This document shows, one piece after another, positions 62,079-64,000 of a stretch of 64,000 bases of DNA. How positions within the stretch are numbered: the stretch's first letter is position 1; every line of letters starts with the position of its first letter. This stretch comes from a virus. Its lineage: Duplodnaviria > Caudoviricetes. Made by a program: the position numbers and the translations under genes. Where the stretch lies: IMG/VR virus record IMGVR_UViG_3300028886_000055, positions 32,001 to 96,000 of that record, one strand, 5' to 3'. The notes beneath the pieces are model-generated. The model was given only the letters and a program-made list of their open reading frames with translations, did no database searches and was not told the origin of the DNA.

Positions 62079-62152
62079 TCGGGGATCTCGGACTCGAACC
62101 GAGACCTTGGGTTTTAGAGACCCTTGCGCTAACCTAATTACGCTAATCCCCA
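62079..62152 (-). tRNA. Amber suppressor tRNA (anticodon CUA), presumably charged with Gln
   Basis: Cloverleaf: TGGGGAT/ATCCCCG acceptor, GCGT/GCGC D stem, GGGT-CTCTAAA-ACCC anticodon arm (CTA at 62117-62115), CTCGG-TTCGAGT-CCGAG T arm; no encoded CCA. Confidence 0.92.
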
Positions 62153-62185
62153 ATTTAAGCCTGTTATTTCAAGGCTTATTATCTA

Positions 62186-62515
62186 TTACTCACCAATTGT
62201 CATTCTTAACAATTTCATAAGTGATCTTTCATCTAGCTCATTTAATACTTTCATTATTTCTTCAAGCTTCTCCATATCGGGACGCTGAGAAAGATAATCC
62301 TCCAATGTATGAATAGCTTCTTCAAGAAGTTCTCTATCTTCTAGAATGGCATCATTACTCATGGTTGAAATTTTTGCAAATACAGGATGTTCTTTATATA
62401 AATCAAGTATTTCATCATCTTCTACCAAGTCTAAAAGACCTGATGCGTACTCATACATTGCAACTGCAATGTTATGATTGTACTTTTTCTGTAGTTCTAT
62501 TATTTCATTTCTCAT
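62186..62515 (-). CDS. Acidic helical hypothetical protein (~109 aa)
   Basis: Track ORF; ATG at 62515 preferred; TAG-free; upstream of the suppressor tRNA. Confidence 0.6.
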   Translation of the reverse strand: MRNEIIELQKKYNHNIAVAMYEYASGLLDLVEDDEILDLYKEHPVFAKISTMSNDAILEDRELLEEAIHTLEDYLSQRPDMEKLEEIMKVLNELDERSLMKLLRMTIGE

Positions 62516-62559
62516 ATAACAAATATAATACATTTTTTGCAATAAAACAACAAATATTG

Positions 62560-62590
62560 CAAATTTAACGTTTGTTAACTGTATTACAAT
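62560..62590 (-). promoter_or_regulatory. Bacteroidota-type promoter upstream of the suppressor-tRNA cluster
   Basis: Minus strand TTG-N~19-TAAATTTG(CA). Confidence 0.5.
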
Positions 62591-63162
62591 AATTTGGTTT
62601 TAACGTGAAGCCAAGATAGATTCCATTCGGCAATTGAAGGAAATCCAGATGCATTAGACCAATCTAAAACCTCTTGTTGTCCTTTAAATAAACCATCTTT
62701 CACAGTATTGAAATCAGTTAAGGTATGAAACTACGCATTTTCACTACTATCTGAATCTTCGGTAAGAGTACAACTATCATAAAAATAAATCTAATTTTCT
62801 GATGGAGTTAAATCCTTAATACCTTCAATATAATTAGATTGTGAGCTATTCATTCTATATTCTCCCGTAGTAAAATCAAATTCAGGATAATTTGCAGAAC
62901 TTGTAGAGGAATCTGAACTTGTGTGAGTATTTATATAATTAGATAACGGTAATTCTAAAGTATATGTTTCATTGTCGTCATTTAAAGTACCATTTATCTT
63001 TATATCATATATCTTCATATCATGTTTGCTTGGATTTAATTCGTTAATAGTAACCCAAACGAATTTATCTTTTTTAGTATCAGATGTATAAAAATAAGTT
63101 AATGGGTAATCTGAATTTATAATGTCATAAGTTAATATTTTATTTTTATCGGCTAGTTTCAT
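62584..63162 (-). CDS. Hypothetical protein, MKL...YDIIN N-terminus (192 aa)
   Basis: Track ORF 62791-63162 extended through TAGs to TAA 62584. Confidence 0.65.
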
Positions 63163-63201
63163 AAAAATTTAATTATAAAGTTAATTGTTATTGAATCTTA
63201 T

Positions 63202-64000
63202 TTAATGATTTCCTTTGAACTAAAATTTTCTAGGAATTAATCTTCCACCTTTTCGATTAGATTGAATTAATCCGTAGCTCCCTATTATTGGAACTGATAT
63301 ACTTAATACTGAATTAATATATTTTTTAACCGATTCTGGTGTATAATATCTTTCTAACTATTCCTAATTTAATGTTTTATAAGTTGGTTTTAAATTCTAC
63401 ATTAACTATGAAGTGTATCCTCTAGCGTATAATTCCTGTTCATCTGTAGCATACTTAAAATGTCTATATTGTTCTAATAAATCATTAATTTCACTTGGAG
63501 AGTAATTATTCCATTTTAAATAATGTTTTAATACGTTTTCAGAATCAAAATCACTAAATAATTTTCCTTTTTCATTTAGTTCTAATGTTGTATCAGCTAT
63601 TGTTTTATTTTTTCTTGTAAACTATTTCATTCTAGGAAACCATTTTCCAAATTTCGTTGATACAACATCGTTTGGATTCTATCTAATAGATAATGTTTTT
63701 CCATGTCCTCCAATTTCATGAATAATAGTTTCTAAAGCCTACTCCACATTTGCAATTCTATCTTTATTTAAGGATAGTTTTTGTCTTGCTTCAGCATTTG
63801 TTCCTTCACCAATAACTTTACCAGAACTAGATCCTATATCTGTAAAACCGCTTTGTAAATCTCTAATATTAACATCAGCTTGAGTTCCTAAGATACGCAT
63901 TAATTCATCCTAAAATTCATCATATTCTTTATCTCCCCAATGCATTTCAGATTTAACTTGTTCAATTTTTTGAGGATTAGTAAAATAATCTTTTAAAACA
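63202..64000 (-). CDS. 3' part of a zincin-like (HExxxH) putative cargo protein
   Basis: TIIHEIGGHG, DEQELYARG and a terminal NRKGGRLIPRK; start lies outside the window. Confidence 0.6.

Noticed and set aside
1-64000. Interpretation as a degraded, pseudogene-rich prophage
   Set aside because: The interruptions are specifically in-frame TAGs and frames are preserved over kilobases; a suppressor tRNA is present.

Overview
This is 64 kb of the structural/packaging (late) region of a crAss-like (Crassvirales) Bacteroidota phage that uses an alternative genetic code (TAG = Gln, code 15). The supplied standard-code ORF track is fragmented at in-frame TAGs. Reading TAG as Gln joins it into a dense, mostly minus-strand gene set: terminase, portal, scaffold-like protein, major capsid protein (MCP), ring/tail-tube proteins, muzzle protein, tail spikes, lysis genes and giant ejection/cargo proteins. 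An amber-suppressor tRNA(CUA) lies at 62079-62152. The MCP gene is split by three group I introns, one carrying a GIY-YIG homing endonuclease. The most striking observation is that intron 3 begins with an in-frame, same-length, conservatively substituted copy of the last MCP exon. Spliced and unspliced mRNAs therefore encode alternative capsid C-termini (YRSFILREA* versus YRSFVLK[Q]S*). Other notable items are an SF1 helicase domain inside a giant cargo protein, repeated xxGG motifs in cargo proteins, tail spikes with matching N-/C-terminal motifs, a module-swapped and disrupted tail spike, and an opposite-strand operon of two cell-wall hydrolases sharing an N-terminal motif. Gene ends were read by hand and frame-checked against the ORF track, but not every codon of the long genes was read. 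Product calls come from motif recognition and synteny, not database searches.
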